A stretch of DNA of 64,000 nt from an uncultured bacterium (GCA_963727715.1 CAVSGX010000006.1:12632-76631), one strand, 5' to 3'. Positions 36,916 to 47,972 are shown, counted from the stretch's first letter. Numbers and translations are program-made. The notes: a model not told the origin generated them from the letters alone.

Positions 36916-37972
36916 GGGATAGATTTTTACTATGCAGATCAATTATCAAAATAGCTAGTTGGACTTTCGTTAATTGATAATAGACCGAAAATTATAAGCA
37001 GTTTTCGAGAAAAGACAATTAATACTTATATAGTTGCATTTTGATTCCGAAGGAGAGTTACGCATAATTGATAATTATATTCTACGGCTTTACTGATCTT
37101 GATTTCAAAGTCGCATAATTAAATATCAGTTAATGAGATAGTTTTTAAATAATTTATTAATAAGTATCATGGTTATTTATTTTCAGAAAGCGATGAAATA
37201 ATGTGGCATTATGAAAGTATTATGGTACTAGGTCGAAAGACTATTTAGAAAGCACAGATACAATCACGATTTTTTATAGAAATGATCGAAAGACATACTT
37301 TATTTAAAACGAAATGAAGATATTGGCGAAACAAATGCTGATAAGATTGGAGAAAGTATATTGTAAATGAAAACGAGTCGTGGGAAATTACATCATGATG
37401 TTGATTTAAAAGGAATTGGATAAATGGATGAAAGAAAATGGCAGATCAACCAATGAAGATAAGATGTTGATTTATGTATTTTAAATACGCAACCATACGA
37501 AGATGTATGGGATATACAATACATAAGATCACGCCAAAGATAAAACAGAAAAGACTGGATATGACACTGCAAAAGCCAGAAGCTCTTATTGAAAGGATAA
37601 TTCGATGCGGTTTCATAATCCAGGACGATTTAGTCATGGATTATTTTTGTAGGTTCGGAGCACTAGTGTGGCTGTCTGCCCATAAAATGAAAATGAAATG
37701 GATTGGCGTAGAGAATTAGGCGAAGCATATTATGAGACATATGACACGATTAAGGTATTTTTAAGAAAAAATAGAAAGACGATTGTTGAAATATTGGAAA
37801 TAGTTTAGAGTCAAACTATATTACCGCATGTAAGACTGGTAAAGTTGACGCTTGAAGAGATTGGTTAGTGGCTAAAAGTCTGGAATATCAGACAAGGTTG
37901 AATATGCTGGTGGCGGATTTTTCAAGTATTATGAGCTTGAACAGTATGAGGATGCATTAAAAAATTGTAAAT

Positions 37973-38266
37973 ATGGCGACGGGTGATTTATTTAGTAAGA
38001 CAAGCGATAAAGCATATCAGGATTATGTATTTATGAAAGATGAAAAAATGCTTTCCGCTTTGGAAATAGATTACAAGAATAAAAAAGTGAGGGTAGATTT
38101 AAACAAGCTTTATCCCGATATTGATATTGCGGAAACACTATCAAACCTAACCGGAAAATGGATTAAGGCAATAAAAGACGGTGATGTGGAATTTACCGAT
38201 GGTAGCAAGATAAATACGAAAGAATTGGACTATAAAATTATCAAACCTTTAATTTGGTGGGAATAA
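37973..38266 (+). pseudogene. probable C-terminal remnant of the decayed mod gene
   Basis: 97-aa ORF whose stop is 1 nt before the res start; the position fits a Mod C-terminus; no motif. Confidence 0.3.
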
Positions 38267-38267
38267 C

Positions 38268-41196
38268 ATGAAGACCTATTTGCAATCAATCGTTGATGAC
38301 TTTTCTTTTGATAACTTGCCGGCAAAATGGCAGGATTTTGATTTTGTCAGATTTTCTTCCGATAAAACACTATTTGATTTTCAAAAGCAAGGTTTGCAGA
38401 ACGCGCTGAAAGCACTTTGGTTGTTTTATAAAGAGAAAAAAAGCAATAAGGAAGATTTTTTTGAACAATATAAGGCCAATGGATTTGAAACTAATTTTGA
38501 TTATGATTTAAGTCGTGAAAGAAAATCTGCCGGTCATCTTTTGGAATTTGATAAGGATTATCCGATTACGAACGAAAAAATTGCTTTCGCTCACTTCATC
38601 AACCGAATGAGTTTCTGGATGGCAACTGGCTCTGGCAAAACTTTGATTATCGTAAAGTTGATTGATTTGCTCGGACAGCTTATTCAAAGAAAAGAAATAC
38701 CGAAAAACGACATTCTTTTTTTGGCTCATAGAGATGACCTTTTAGAGCAATTTAGAAATCATGTAAATGAGTTTAACAGTTATAATTTTGAAACGAAAAT
38801 AAATTTGAAAAGTTTAAAAGATTATGAAAGTGTTAAGCGAGAAAATTCTTTGCCATTTGCGAAAAATGAAATAACTGTTTTTTATTACCGTTCTGATTTA
38901 ATTTCCGATGAGCACAAGGAAAAAATAGTCAATTTTAAAAATTACGACAATAGCGGCAAGTGGTACATCCTTTTAGATGAAGCTCATAAGGGCGACAAAG
39001 AGGATAGCAAACGACAGGTACTATATTCAATACTTTCAAGAAACGGTTTTCTTTTTAATTTTTCTGCGACATTCACAGACCCACGAGATTATGCAACATG
39101 TGTTTTTAACTTCAATTTATCTAAATTTATTGAGGAAGGTTATGGAAAACATATTTATGTATTCAAACCAATGTGAAGGTTTTCGGGACAAAACGATTTT
39201 GCTCCACTGAAAAGCAGAAAATTGTTTTGAAAGACGCTTATTTTGCAAACATATATCAATAAATATTTTGCGAGAGTCAGAAAAGAAGATAAGACACTAT
39301 ACCATCGACCACTACTTTTGACGCTAGTCAATTCGGTTGATACAAAAGAAGCCGACTTAAAATTATTTTTTTCAGAGCTGGAAAAAGTGGCAAAAAATAA
39401 AATAAGCTCAGGAACTTCTTAAAAAAGCTAGAGAAGAAGTTGATAGAAGATTTTGAAAATAATCCCCAGTATGAATTTGAGAGTATTAATTTTTCAGTTG
39501 ATAAAAAGATAATTGAAAAGATAGAGTATGGTGATATTTTGAAGCAAATTTTTAATGCGAAATCTCCGGCAAAATCGAGGTTTTAAAGATTCCGGGCAAT
39601 AAAAAGGAGATAATTTTCAAATTGCAAAGATCAGAAAAACCTTTCGGACTTATTAAGATTGGTGATATTTCTGGCTGGTTCAAGGAAAAACTTGAAGGTT
39701 ATGAAATCATTGAAAGTTTTGAAAATGAAAGTATTTTTAAAAAAATCAATCACGACGATTCGGAAATAAATATTTTAATGGGTTCTCGTGCTTTTTATGA
39801 GGGGTGGGATTCTAATCGTCCGAACATTATTTTGTTTGTGAATATCGGCGTGGGAAGCGATGCTAAAAAGTTTGTTTTGCAGTCAGTTGGACAGAGGCGT
39901 AAGGATTGAACCGCAAAAAAACAAACGGAAAAGGATTTTGAATTTATACAATGCGAAAGAGATAAAAGAAGAAATATTTAATAAAGTACGACAAAATATT
40001 ATGCCACTTGAAAGTTTGTTTATTTTCGGGACCAATGCAGAAAACCTTAAAGAGATTATCAAAGCCCTTAAAGAAGAAAAACAAGAAAAGGATTTAGGAC
40101 AAGAGTTTATTATCAATAAAGAAGCTGAAAAGCGATTATTGCTAATTCCGATATATAAAAAATCGGACAAAATATTTGCGGAAGAAAAAGAACCTCAAAA
40201 ATATGGAATTAACAAAGATGATTTTGATTTGGCCAAGTGAAATGTTTAATTATCTTGGCACAAAAATCGCGTTAACGAAATATGAATGTGATGTCAGGGT
40301 TGTTGAGAAAGCAAGCGAAAGTTTTGAAAAGCCAGATCAATATTTTGACTTTGAAGAAGCGAGGACAATTTCTGAGCCGGATTTGTTAGTGGATAGAATC
40401 ATTAAATTATTTTAGCGTTAGAGATAAAGAATTTGATAAATTTAAAAAACTAGAAAATGAAATTGTCCATTTCAAGAGAATAAAATTTAGCGATGGCGAA
40501 AAATATGAGCAAATAAAGAAAAAAATTGAGGAAATGAGACAATATCCTGAAAAACAGAAAGAACTTGATAACAATATGGAAAAATGCCAAGAGAAGAATT
40601 TGCCCGAAAACAAATAGTTTATTTGAGGCGCAAAAATTTGAATATAAAGGGAAAAATTAAAAATAAAATATATTCAAAATCATTATTATATTCCGCTTAT
40701 CGTTTCTGAAAATGAAAAAGTTGATTATTTAAACCACATTATTGATGTTCCTAGCGAAGTTAAATTTATTGAACAGCTTGAGGAGTATTTACAAAATGAA
40801 AATAATGTTTTTAAACAATTTGATTGGTGGATGTTTTCCAAACTAGACCAAACATTAGACGAGGTACATATTCCGTATTACAATCCAAAAGAAAACAATA
40901 TGGCTAGGTTTAAGCCGGACTTTATTTTTTGGATGCAGAAAGGAAATGAGTATGTAATTTTGTTTGTAGATCCAAAAGGAACAGAACATGCAGACGGATA
41001 TAGGAAAATTGATGGCTATTCGCGCATATTTGAAACTAGAGAAAGAAAAGAAAGCAGAGCATATCCGTTCAACGGCTTTAATATAAAAACAAAATTACTT
41101 CTGAAGCCAAAAAGAGGAATAGCTGAAACACTTGAGAATTATCGAAAATATTGGTTTGACAATTTTGGCGATTTTGCGACAAAGTTAAATAATTGA
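38268..41196 (+). pseudogene. Type III restriction endonuclease (Res), fragmented
   Basis: 38268..39176 is intact for 302 aa with helicase motifs (Q-like LFDFQKQ, Walker A MATGSGKT, DEAH ILLDEAHKG, motif III FSATF). Later motifs follow in shifted frames (39622..39909 EGWDSNRPNIILFVN; 39860.. QSVG-RGVRI motif VI). A C-terminal PD-(D/E)xK nuclease remnant (FKPDFIFW...VILFVDPKG) lies at 40831..41196. Confidence 0.7.
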
Positions 41197-41509
41197 TTTT
41201 GGCGGCGCGCCAGCTTCGCTGGCACAAAATTCGGCGGTGGCGGAAAAGCGAGGGCGGGCAAAAATTCCTTCCCCCCAACCCCCTTCCTTTTTGCCCGCCC
41301 GAGCTTAAAAGTTTTTCAAAATTCAGCGTTCGGATTTTCGCTAAAAAAAGTTCGGATTTCGTTCAGCGTTCGGAGCATAGAAATTATTTTGAGCAATATT
41401 GAGTATCTCATTGAACGGAGAACGCAATGAAATACAGGGTTTTTTACCATTCACAATACCCACATGAACCGGGAAAAAGTTGATTAAAATATTCCTACTT
41501 ATAAACGGT

Positions 41510-42373
41510 TTACAGTGGCACCACTTGACCTTTCGGGACACAAACTTTGTGAACCGGCTGATTGGCGATGAGTGGTCCTTCCACCATACATGAAGCTCCA
41601 TTTTGGCAATCGCTGTTTGTGTTGCATCCGGTTGTTTGACTTGGATTTGTAAATTTAAAAGTGGAGATTATTTGTTTCAATATTATCGGCTGATTTGTGT
41701 TTGTGGTCAGGCAGTCATTGTAGTTTTTTTGTTGTTCGATGTTTTCTGTCTCAATTGGTAGATAGACATCACAATTTGTTGTGCTTGTGTTTAAATTGAT
41801 GACCAAACATTTGTTATTTGTCACAGTGGCATAGTAATAGCTGTTGTATTGGTGATTCATTGCTACGTCGCTCGTTTGATACAAGCAATATGTGACATTG
41901 TTCACGGCTGATTTTTGTCCGGCGGGATTCCAATAATTTGAGTTGGAAAGATTACTTTTGATCGCGTTTATGTCGCCACCTGCCGATGCCTGGTCATTTA
42001 TGACTATGTTGTTTATGTTCGGACAGGCATTTGGGAAGACATTGTAATTGCAATCCCCGATCAACACTTTCGGCTGATGGCCTGAATCGAAAAAACCGGA
42101 TGGATATTGAAACTGAAATCCGTACTGACTATTTGTGTATATTTGCCAGCCGGTAGTTTGGTTGGTCGTGGTTGTGGCTTGGGTATTGTTTGTTAGTTGA
42201 TTGGTTGAAGTCTTGGCTTGCTGTTCGTTGCTTACTTTTGGTGTCGAAAAGTGTTGATAGACGGAGACTCCGCCAAAAGCAACGATCATTACAGCAGCGA
42301 TGATCAGAATACCAACCAAAATTGAAATTCCTTTGTTCATATCCTCCATTGTATCAAATTTGTTTCGAAACAT
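41510..42373 (-). CDS. secreted/surface protein, Thr/Asn-rich with Cys-rich C-terminus
   Basis: 287 aa; N-terminal TM/signal anchor (ISILVGILIIAAVMIVAFGG), low-complexity Thr/Asn region, C-terminal CNTNSDCQNGASC...VCVPKG. Confidence 0.45.
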   Translation of the reverse strand: MFRNKFDTMEDMNKGISILVGILIIAAVMIVAFGGVSVYQHFSTPKVSNEQQAKTSTNQLTNNTQATTTTNQTTGWQIYTNSQYGFQFQYPSGFFDSGHQPKVLIGDCNYNVFPNACPNINNIVINDQASAGGDINAIKSNLSNSNYWNPAGQKSAVNNVTYCLYQTSDVAMNHQYNSYYYATVTNNKCLVINLNTSTTNCDVYLPIETENIEQQKNYNDCLTTNTNQPIILKQIISTFKFTNPSQTTGCNTNSDCQNGASCMVEGPLIANQPVHKVCVPKGQVVPL

Positions 42374-42411
42374 ACACTGACCATTTACTACAAAATAACT
42401 CTAAATTCATT

Positions 42412-43014
42412 TTATTTTTTTCTATCATATCTGCCGATCAGCGTGGTTTGTGAAATGATATGCCCGGCCATTGCGTCCAGCACCTCTTTTTTTGTCGCGC
42501 CGGCTTGTAGAGGAGGCGTTGAATCCAGAGCGTACAAATAAAAAATATATCGGTGTTCCCTATCGGGCGGGCACGGAGGCATGTATTTTGTCGCGCCACT
42601 AGTTCCGCTTCCATAAACACCCTTTATAGTCTGTCCTTCTTTTATCTCGCTCTGGTCCGGAGGAATATTAAAAACAATCAAATGGTCCCATATGCCGTCT
42701 GGGCGGATATTTTTGGGGACATCAGGATCTTCCAAAATCAAAACCAATGATTTCGTCTCACTCGGCACATTAGAGATGGCAAGTGGCGGACTTATACTTT
42801 CCCCATCGCAAGTGTATTTTGACGGGATCATCCCACCATCTTCAAAAGCCAAACTTGTTAATTTCATATTTGTAATATTATTTTCGTTATTAAAAATTTC
42901 TCGCGAATTTTGAATTGCTATTCCATTTTTGTTCGGTACCACGGAATGCAGAATCAAAAAAATCAACACCAAAACCACAATTACCGCAAAAATCAGCAAA
43001 TACTTCATACACAA
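42412..43014 (-). CDS. YbhB/YbcL-family phosphatidylethanolamine-binding protein (PEBP)
   Basis: 200 aa; signal/TM N-terminus; SPPLAISNVP...LEDPDVP...HRYIFYLYALD PEBP signature. Confidence 0.7.
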   Translation of the reverse strand: MCMKYLLIFAVIVVLVLIFLILHSVVPNKNGIAIQNSREIFNNENNITNMKLTSLAFEDGGMIPSKYTCDGESISPPLAISNVPSETKSLVLILEDPDVPKNIRPDGIWDHLIVFNIPPDQSEIKEGQTIKGVYGSGTSGATKYMPPCPPDREHRYIFYLYALDSTPPLQAGATKKEVLDAMAGHIISQTTLIGRYDRKK

Positions 43015-43110
43015 ATTATATCAAATATTGTGTAAAACAACCCAAATCTCCCCTTCTGTATTTTTCCAGTATGTGCGATAATTTAATCATTAATAAACTA
43101 AAAATCACTT

Positions 43111-43518
43111 ATGTTAAAAGAATTCAAACAATTTTTGCTTCGCGGAAATGTTGTTGATTTGGCTGTTGGTGTCGTGGTCGGGGCTGCTTTTGGCACAGTT
43201 GTTACAGCGCTGGTGTCTGATCTACTCACTCCATTTATTGCCGCCATCGCCAAAGTCCCTGATTTTTCAGGATTGTATTTTGTCATCAACAATAGCAAAT
43301 TTATGTACGGCCACTTTATCAATGCTTTCATTTCATTTCTACTGGTATCGGTCGCGATATTTTTCTTTGTTATCAAACCGATGAATTTTTTGATTTCTCG
43401 TTCAAAAAAAGAATTGCCGGCAGATCCAACCACCAAAAAATGTCCGGAATGTTTAAGCGAAATTCCTATTGAAGCCAAGCGCTGTTCTCACTGCACTCAA
43501 ATTGTAATTTCCAAATAA
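43111..43518 (+). CDS. mscL: large-conductance mechanosensitive channel MscL with C-terminal zinc-ribbon tail
   Basis: MLKEFKQFLLRGNVVDLAVGVVVGAAFG plus TM2 are canonical MscL; C-terminus KKCPECLSEIPIEAKRCSHC replaces the usual C-terminal helix. Confidence 0.8.
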   Translation: MLKEFKQFLLRGNVVDLAVGVVVGAAFGTVVTALVSDLLTPFIAAIAKVPDFSGLYFVINNSKFMYGHFINAFISFLLVSVAIFFFVIKPMNFLISRSKKELPADPTTKKCPECLSEIPIEAKRCSHCTQIVISK

Positions 43519-43863
43519 TCGTTTATTATTTGACTTTTGTCAAAAGAACTGGTATTTTTAATAGTGGAGATTTAATATGTCTTGCAGAAAAAGGTAATTA
43601 AGACTATGTTATGAAATTTTAAAAAATTTTGGAAGATTTTTTACTTCTAGTTTTTGGAAAGGAGTTTTTAAAAATGATTTTTGGTTTGGTACCAGAACTA
43701 CCCTTATCATTTTGCGAGCATTTGTCGTGGTAGGAATTCGAGATATAATCTCAATAATTCTTATTCCCGGATATCCTCCAAAACCAGATAAAGCTGAAGT
43801 AAATGAAATCGTGACACATTTTCATAATGATTGAACGGGTAGTGATTCTACTCGTCTTTCTTT

Positions 43864-44136
43864 TTATAAAAAGGGTATCCAAGAAAAATCTTCTCTGTTG
43901 TATTCTGATGAATGTTCTTTCAGAATGGAAACAGCCTTTTCTCCGTTGATATATCCCAGCACATCATTTGTTCCGGGGTTAACAATAGTAAAACCGCTTT
44001 CAGGGAAGTGGTTGGTACTTTTCTCACCATTTTTCCAGACTACAGGGACCAGATAATAACCATTTTCAATTTTGATGTCTCCTCGTCCATTTCCCTCTTT
44101 TGAACCTTTACCGTTTGAAATTTTTTCGAAAGTCAT
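43864..44136 (-). CDS. hypothetical small protein
   Basis: 90-aa ORF, Gly/Asn-rich, no recognisable motif. Confidence 0.3.
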   Translation of the reverse strand: MTFEKISNGKGSKEGNGRGDIKIENGYYLVPVVWKNGEKSTNHFPESGFTIVNPGTNDVLGYINGEKAVSILKEHSSEYNREDFSWIPFL

Positions 44137-44215
44137 ACTGGTATCCTAACAAATAAATACAAAAAAACATAATTTCAAAAATGCGGATGATGTGTTCTTG
44201 TGCTAGAATTTCCGT

Positions 44216-45478
44216 ATGGCTCATCACAAATATTTTTTTGATTATGCTTCCACTACTCCGCTTGATCCGAAAGTTCTTTCGGCTATGCTCCCATATTTCA
44301 ATGAAAAATTCGGCAACCCCTCCAATCTTTATAAATTTGGTCGTGAGGCCAATCGAGCTGTGGCAGAAGCGACAAAAACTATTTCTGGTGTTTTGAATTG
44401 CCGGCCGGATGAATTCATCTACACCGGCTCGGCCACTGAGGCCGATAACTTGGCCATTCTTGGCGTGGCTCGGGCAAATAAAAACAAAGGCCGGCGGGTT
44501 ATCGTTTCGCAAGTGGAACACAAAGGAATTCTAGCCATGTCTGAAATTTTGAAAAAGGAAGGATTTGAAGTTGTGGAGTTGCCGGTAGGCAGTGACGGAC
44601 TCGTCAAAATTTCCAATCTGTTAAAACTTTTGATCCCGGAGACAATTTTAATTTCCGTCACTTCAGCCGACAGCGAAACAGGCACTCTTCAGCCGATTGA
44701 CGAGATTGCCGAAATTATTAAAAGATTTCGTCAAAAAAATAAATCCACACTCCCATATTTTCACACCGATGCCAGCCAAGCCGCGACTTATCTTGATCTG
44801 GATACAGAGAAACTTGGCGTGGATATGATGACCATTTCGGCGCATAAAATTTACGGGCCAAAAGGTGTCGGCGGACTTTATGTGCGTCGTGGAGTCAACA
44901 TCCAGCCGATTATTTATGGAGGAAGTGGAGGTCTGCGAAGCGGTACCGAAAATGTACCGGGCATTGTCGGTTTGGCTGAGGCTTTGCAAATGAACAAGAA
45001 AAATAAAAAAACGGAAAACGCGCGAATAAAAAAACTACGCGACATTCTGGAAAAAGGAATTTTCAAGTCAGTTCCAAAAGTGGTGTTAAATGGTCACAAA
45101 ACAAAACGTCTGCCGAATTTTCTGAACATTTCCATTTTGGATGTTGAAGGCGAGGCGATGCTTCTCATGCTAGATGAGCTTGGTATAATGGTTGGCACGG
45201 GCTCGGCTTGCAATTCGCTTTCGCTTGAGCCGTCGTATGTTTTGACCGCGCTAGGTAATCCATATGAATTTGTCCACGGCAGTTTGAGATTTACCCTAGG
45301 CCATGGCAATACAATGTCCGATATTAAATATGTTTTAAAACACCTGCCGATTATTGTTAAAAAATTGCGGGCCATCTCGCCACTTGATCTGTCGCTTCAG
45401 CAAAAGAAAAAAATTTCTGATCCGCGGGCTTTTGTCGGAAATCAAACGCCACATTTTTTAAGAAATAAAAAGAAATGA
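44216..45478 (+). CDS. cysteine desulfurase (NifS/IscS, class V aminotransferase)
   Basis: 420 aa; FDYASTTPLDPKVLSAMLPY..., PLP-lysine region ISAHKIYGPKGVG, active-site loop SGSACNS. Confidence 0.85.
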   Translation: MAHHKYFFDYASTTPLDPKVLSAMLPYFNEKFGNPSNLYKFGREANRAVAEATKTISGVLNCRPDEFIYTGSATEADNLAILGVARANKNKGRRVIVSQVEHKGILAMSEILKKEGFEVVELPVGSDGLVKISNLLKLLIPETILISVTSADSETGTLQPIDEIAEIIKRFRQKNKSTLPYFHTDASQAATYLDLDTEKLGVDMMTISAHKIYGPKGVGGLYVRRGVNIQPIIYGGSGGLRSGTENVPGIVGLAEALQMNKKNKKTENARIKKLRDILEKGIFKSVPKVVLNGHKTKRLPNFLNISILDVEGEAMLLMLDELGIMVGTGSACNSLSLEPSYVLTALGNPYEFVHGSLRFTLGHGNTMSDIKYVLKHLPIIVKKLRAISPLDLSLQQKKKISDPRAFVGNQTPHFLRNKKK

Positions 45479-46146
45479 AAAAAAAGATTACAAAAAAATC
45501 AAAACCCGATGTGGTCAACAAACACACAGGCGACTCATGGGCTTACACGAAAGAAGTACGAGAGCATTTTTTCAAGCCGAAAAATCTGCTTTGGCAGAAA
45601 CCAAGCGAGGCAAAATACGATGCCGAGGGCATTGTCGGTTCGCCGGCTTGCGGAGATGTTATGCGGGTTTGGCTCAATATCAATCCAAAAAAAGACACAA
45701 TCACCGAATTTAAATGGCGGACATTCGGTTGCGCTTCAGCCATCGCTTCCACCTCAATTCTTTCTGTCATGGTCACGGAAAAAGGTGGAATGAAAATCAA
45801 CAAAGCTTTGCAGATTCGCCCGCAGGATATTTTGAAACGGCTCGGCGGACTGCCGGACAGAAAAATCCACTGCTCGGTTCTCGGCGACAAAGCTTTGCGA
45901 GCGGCGCTGAATGATTGGTTCAAGAAAACGGGACAATTCTCGCGGATTGTCATTGATGGCCGACAAATTATTGATCCGAACACAAAAGTGACCGAAGCGG
46001 ATATTGAAGAAGCGGTGTTGGAAGGGGCCACTACTCTTCTTGCCGTGCAAAAGCGTACCAAGGTCGGCATTGGCTACCCTGAATGTTTGCCGAAAGTGGA
46101 AGAGCTCATCCGTTTTTATCGCGAAAAATATTTTGGCAAAGAATGA
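45475..46146 (+). CDS. Fe-S cluster assembly scaffold, NifU/IscU type
   Basis: 223 aa; IscU-like N-domain with the three scaffold Cys (GSPACGDVMRV, FGCASAIASTS); extra C-terminal domain. Confidence 0.75.
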   Translation: MKKKITKKSKPDVVNKHTGDSWAYTKEVREHFFKPKNLLWQKPSEAKYDAEGIVGSPACGDVMRVWLNINPKKDTITEFKWRTFGCASAIASTSILSVMVTEKGGMKINKALQIRPQDILKRLGGLPDRKIHCSVLGDKALRAALNDWFKKTGQFSRIVIDGRQIIDPNTKVTEADIEEAVLEGATTLLAVQKRTKVGIGYPECLPKVEELIRFYREKYFGKE

Positions 46147-46388
46147 AAAAAAATAATTCAAAAAAAATAGAAAAGCAGATAGAAAAAATAATCGCCAAAG
46201 TCCGTCCGTATGTGCAAATGCACGGTGGTGATGTTTTTTTGCTTGATGTCAGTGACAATGTAGTGACACTTCAGGTCGTCGGTGCCTGCAAAGATTGCTC
46301 TTTGTCCGATTTGACATATAATAAGATGTTGGGGGGAATCATCAGAGATGAAATTCCGGAGATTAAAGAAATAATAATTAAAAAATAA
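46143..46388 (+). CDS. Nfu/NifU C-terminal-domain protein
   Basis: about 82 aa from the internal Met (ATGA overlap with the upstream stop); CxxC motif VVGACKDCSL of Nfu-type carriers. Confidence 0.65.
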   Translation: MKKNNSKKIEKQIEKIIAKVRPYVQMHGGDVFLLDVSDNVVTLQVVGACKDCSLSDLTYNKMLGGIIRDEIPEIKEIIIKK

Positions 46389-46402
46389 TAGGCTAAAACA
46401 TT

Positions 46403-46693
46403 TTGATTACAAAATGTTCGCCCGAGAAAAATATGACAAATACAAAAGAATACGTTCGTAGCAAAGAAGGTTCAAATATCGGCAAAATTGTTATTGATCG
46501 CGATCTTTGTATCGGAGCGGCCAGTTGTGTAGCTGTTTCTGGCGTGACATACGAGCTGGACGGCGAAACCAAAGCGGTCGTTTTGGATGCAAACACCGTT
46601 GATGACGAAACACTGATAATGTCAGCTGAATCCTGCCCAACTAAAGCTATAATTTTATTTGACAAAGAAGGCAAGCAAATTTTTCCAAAATAG
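46403..46693 (+). CDS. small [Fe-S] ferredoxin
   Basis: 96 aa; IVIDRDLCIGAASCVAV...SAESCPTKAI, single-cluster ferredoxin pattern. Confidence 0.65.
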   Translation: MITKCSPEKNMTNTKEYVRSKEGSNIGKIVIDRDLCIGAASCVAVSGVTYELDGETKAVVLDANTVDDETLIMSAESCPTKAIILFDKEGKQIFPK

Positions 46694-46698
46694 TTTTC

Positions 46699-47964
46699 AT
46701 GCAATCTTACAAATATCTAATCATCGGTGGTGGCGCGGCTGGGACTTCGGCGGCCGAAACAATACGACAAAAGGATGTCGATGGGACTATTGCCATTGTC
46801 AGCGATGAGGTTCACCCGCTTTACTCGCGGGTTATGCTTTCCAAACCGAATTTTTTTCTGGGCAAAATTCCTTTTGATCAGATTTGGATGAAAGGGCTGG
46901 ATTGGTATGACAAAAATAAAATAATTTTTATCGGTGGCAAAACAGCGACCACTCTTGACGCGGAGAAAAAAATTATCACTTTGGATAGTGGCGAGCAAAT
47001 TTCCTACGAAAAACTTTTGTTGGCCACGGGGGTCCGTCCTCGCTTGTGGACTGTGTCCGGCAAAGACAAAAAGGGCGTTTATTATTTGCGGACACTTGAG
47101 GACGGCAAGACAATAATGGAAGCTATAAAAACAGCAAAAAAAGCAGTGACCATCGGTGGTGGGTTCATTGGTTTTGAAATGGCCGACCTAATGCAGTTGG
47201 CCGGTTTGGATACCACTATGATTTTGCGCGAGGATTATTTCTGGCAACCGACTCTGGACGAAGCATCCGGCAAAATGATTGAAGATGCTCTGACAAAATC
47301 CGGAGTAAAAATTTTGAAAAATGCCGAAGTGGCAGAAGTGCTTGGCGATGAAAATGTTAAAGCTGTGGCACTCAAAGACGGTACGAAAATAAACTGCGAA
47401 ATGATAATTTGTGGCATCGGCATTGTTCCGCCTGCTCTTGATTGGCTGAAATCGGCCGGTCTTGGTGTTGGTAACGGTATTTTGGCTGATGAATTTTTAC
47501 AAACGAATTTGTCCGATGTTTGGACAGCCGGCGACATCGCCGAGTACAAAGATTTGCTTTTGGAAGAAAAAATCCAGCTCGGCAACTGGGTCAACGCTCA
47601 CGAGCAAGGTCGCGTGGCAGGGCTCAATATGGTCGCTTCGGCAAATGTTTCCGGCGCGGAGAAAACCGCTTTTCGTTTTGTTTCTTTTTACACCACTGCC
47701 GGCGCCGGCATCAGTATCGCTTTTGTTGGCGACACTCGTCCCCTGCCGGATCGTGTCATAATAAAACGCGGTTCGCCGGAGATAAATTCATACGCGCGAA
47801 TTTTAATTGATGAAAAAAATGAACTTGTCGGCGCCACGATGATAAACCGCATCGCCGAGATGTCCACCATTTCCAAACTAATTGAAAACAATATAGATGT
47901 CTCTTCTCATCACCCTGACCTGGCCAACCCAAATTTTGATTTGAAAAAATTGTTGGCAAAGTAA
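46699..47964 (+). CDS. FAD-dependent pyridine nucleotide-disulfide oxidoreductase (ferredoxin/rubredoxin reductase-like)
   Basis: 421 aa; N-terminal FAD Rossmann IIGGGAAGTSAAE, second GxGxxG VTIGGGFIGFEMA, TAGDIAE FAD motif; adjacent to the ferredoxin gene. Confidence 0.8.
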   Translation: MQSYKYLIIGGGAAGTSAAETIRQKDVDGTIAIVSDEVHPLYSRVMLSKPNFFLGKIPFDQIWMKGLDWYDKNKIIFIGGKTATTLDAEKKIITLDSGEQISYEKLLLATGVRPRLWTVSGKDKKGVYYLRTLEDGKTIMEAIKTAKKAVTIGGGFIGFEMADLMQLAGLDTTMILREDYFWQPTLDEASGKMIEDALTKSGVKILKNAEVAEVLGDENVKAVALKDGTKINCEMIICGIGIVPPALDWLKSAGLGVGNGILADEFLQTNLSDVWTAGDIAEYKDLLLEEKIQLGNWVNAHEQGRVAGLNMVASANVSGAEKTAFRFVSFYTTAGAGISIAFVGDTRPLPDRVIIKRGSPEINSYARILIDEKNELVGATMINRIAEMSTISKLIENNIDVSSHHPDLANPNFDLKKLLAK

Positions 47965-47972
47965 TTTTTTAT

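Larger units (their letters stand above)
35170..41376. mobile_element. ~6.2-kb cassette bounded by ~165-bp terminal inverted repeats (element B) carrying an HTH regulator, an unknown gene and a decayed Type III R-M system
   Basis: 35170..35335 and the reverse complement of 41212..41376 are identical over ~150 nt (gctccgaacgctgaacgaaatccgaactttttttagcgaaaatccgaacgctgaattttgaaaaacttttaagctcgggcgggcaaaaaggaagggggttggggggaaggaatttttgcccgccc...). They share the terminal hexamer gctccg/cggagc with element A and abut it. Confidence 0.8.

Noticed and set aside
36916-37970. Possible non-coding RNA or novel gene in the ~1-kb ORF-free stretch
   Set aside because: A degenerate methyltransferase motif I (FCRFGAL...KWIGVE) can be read out of frame within it. 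It is the decayed body of the mod gene.
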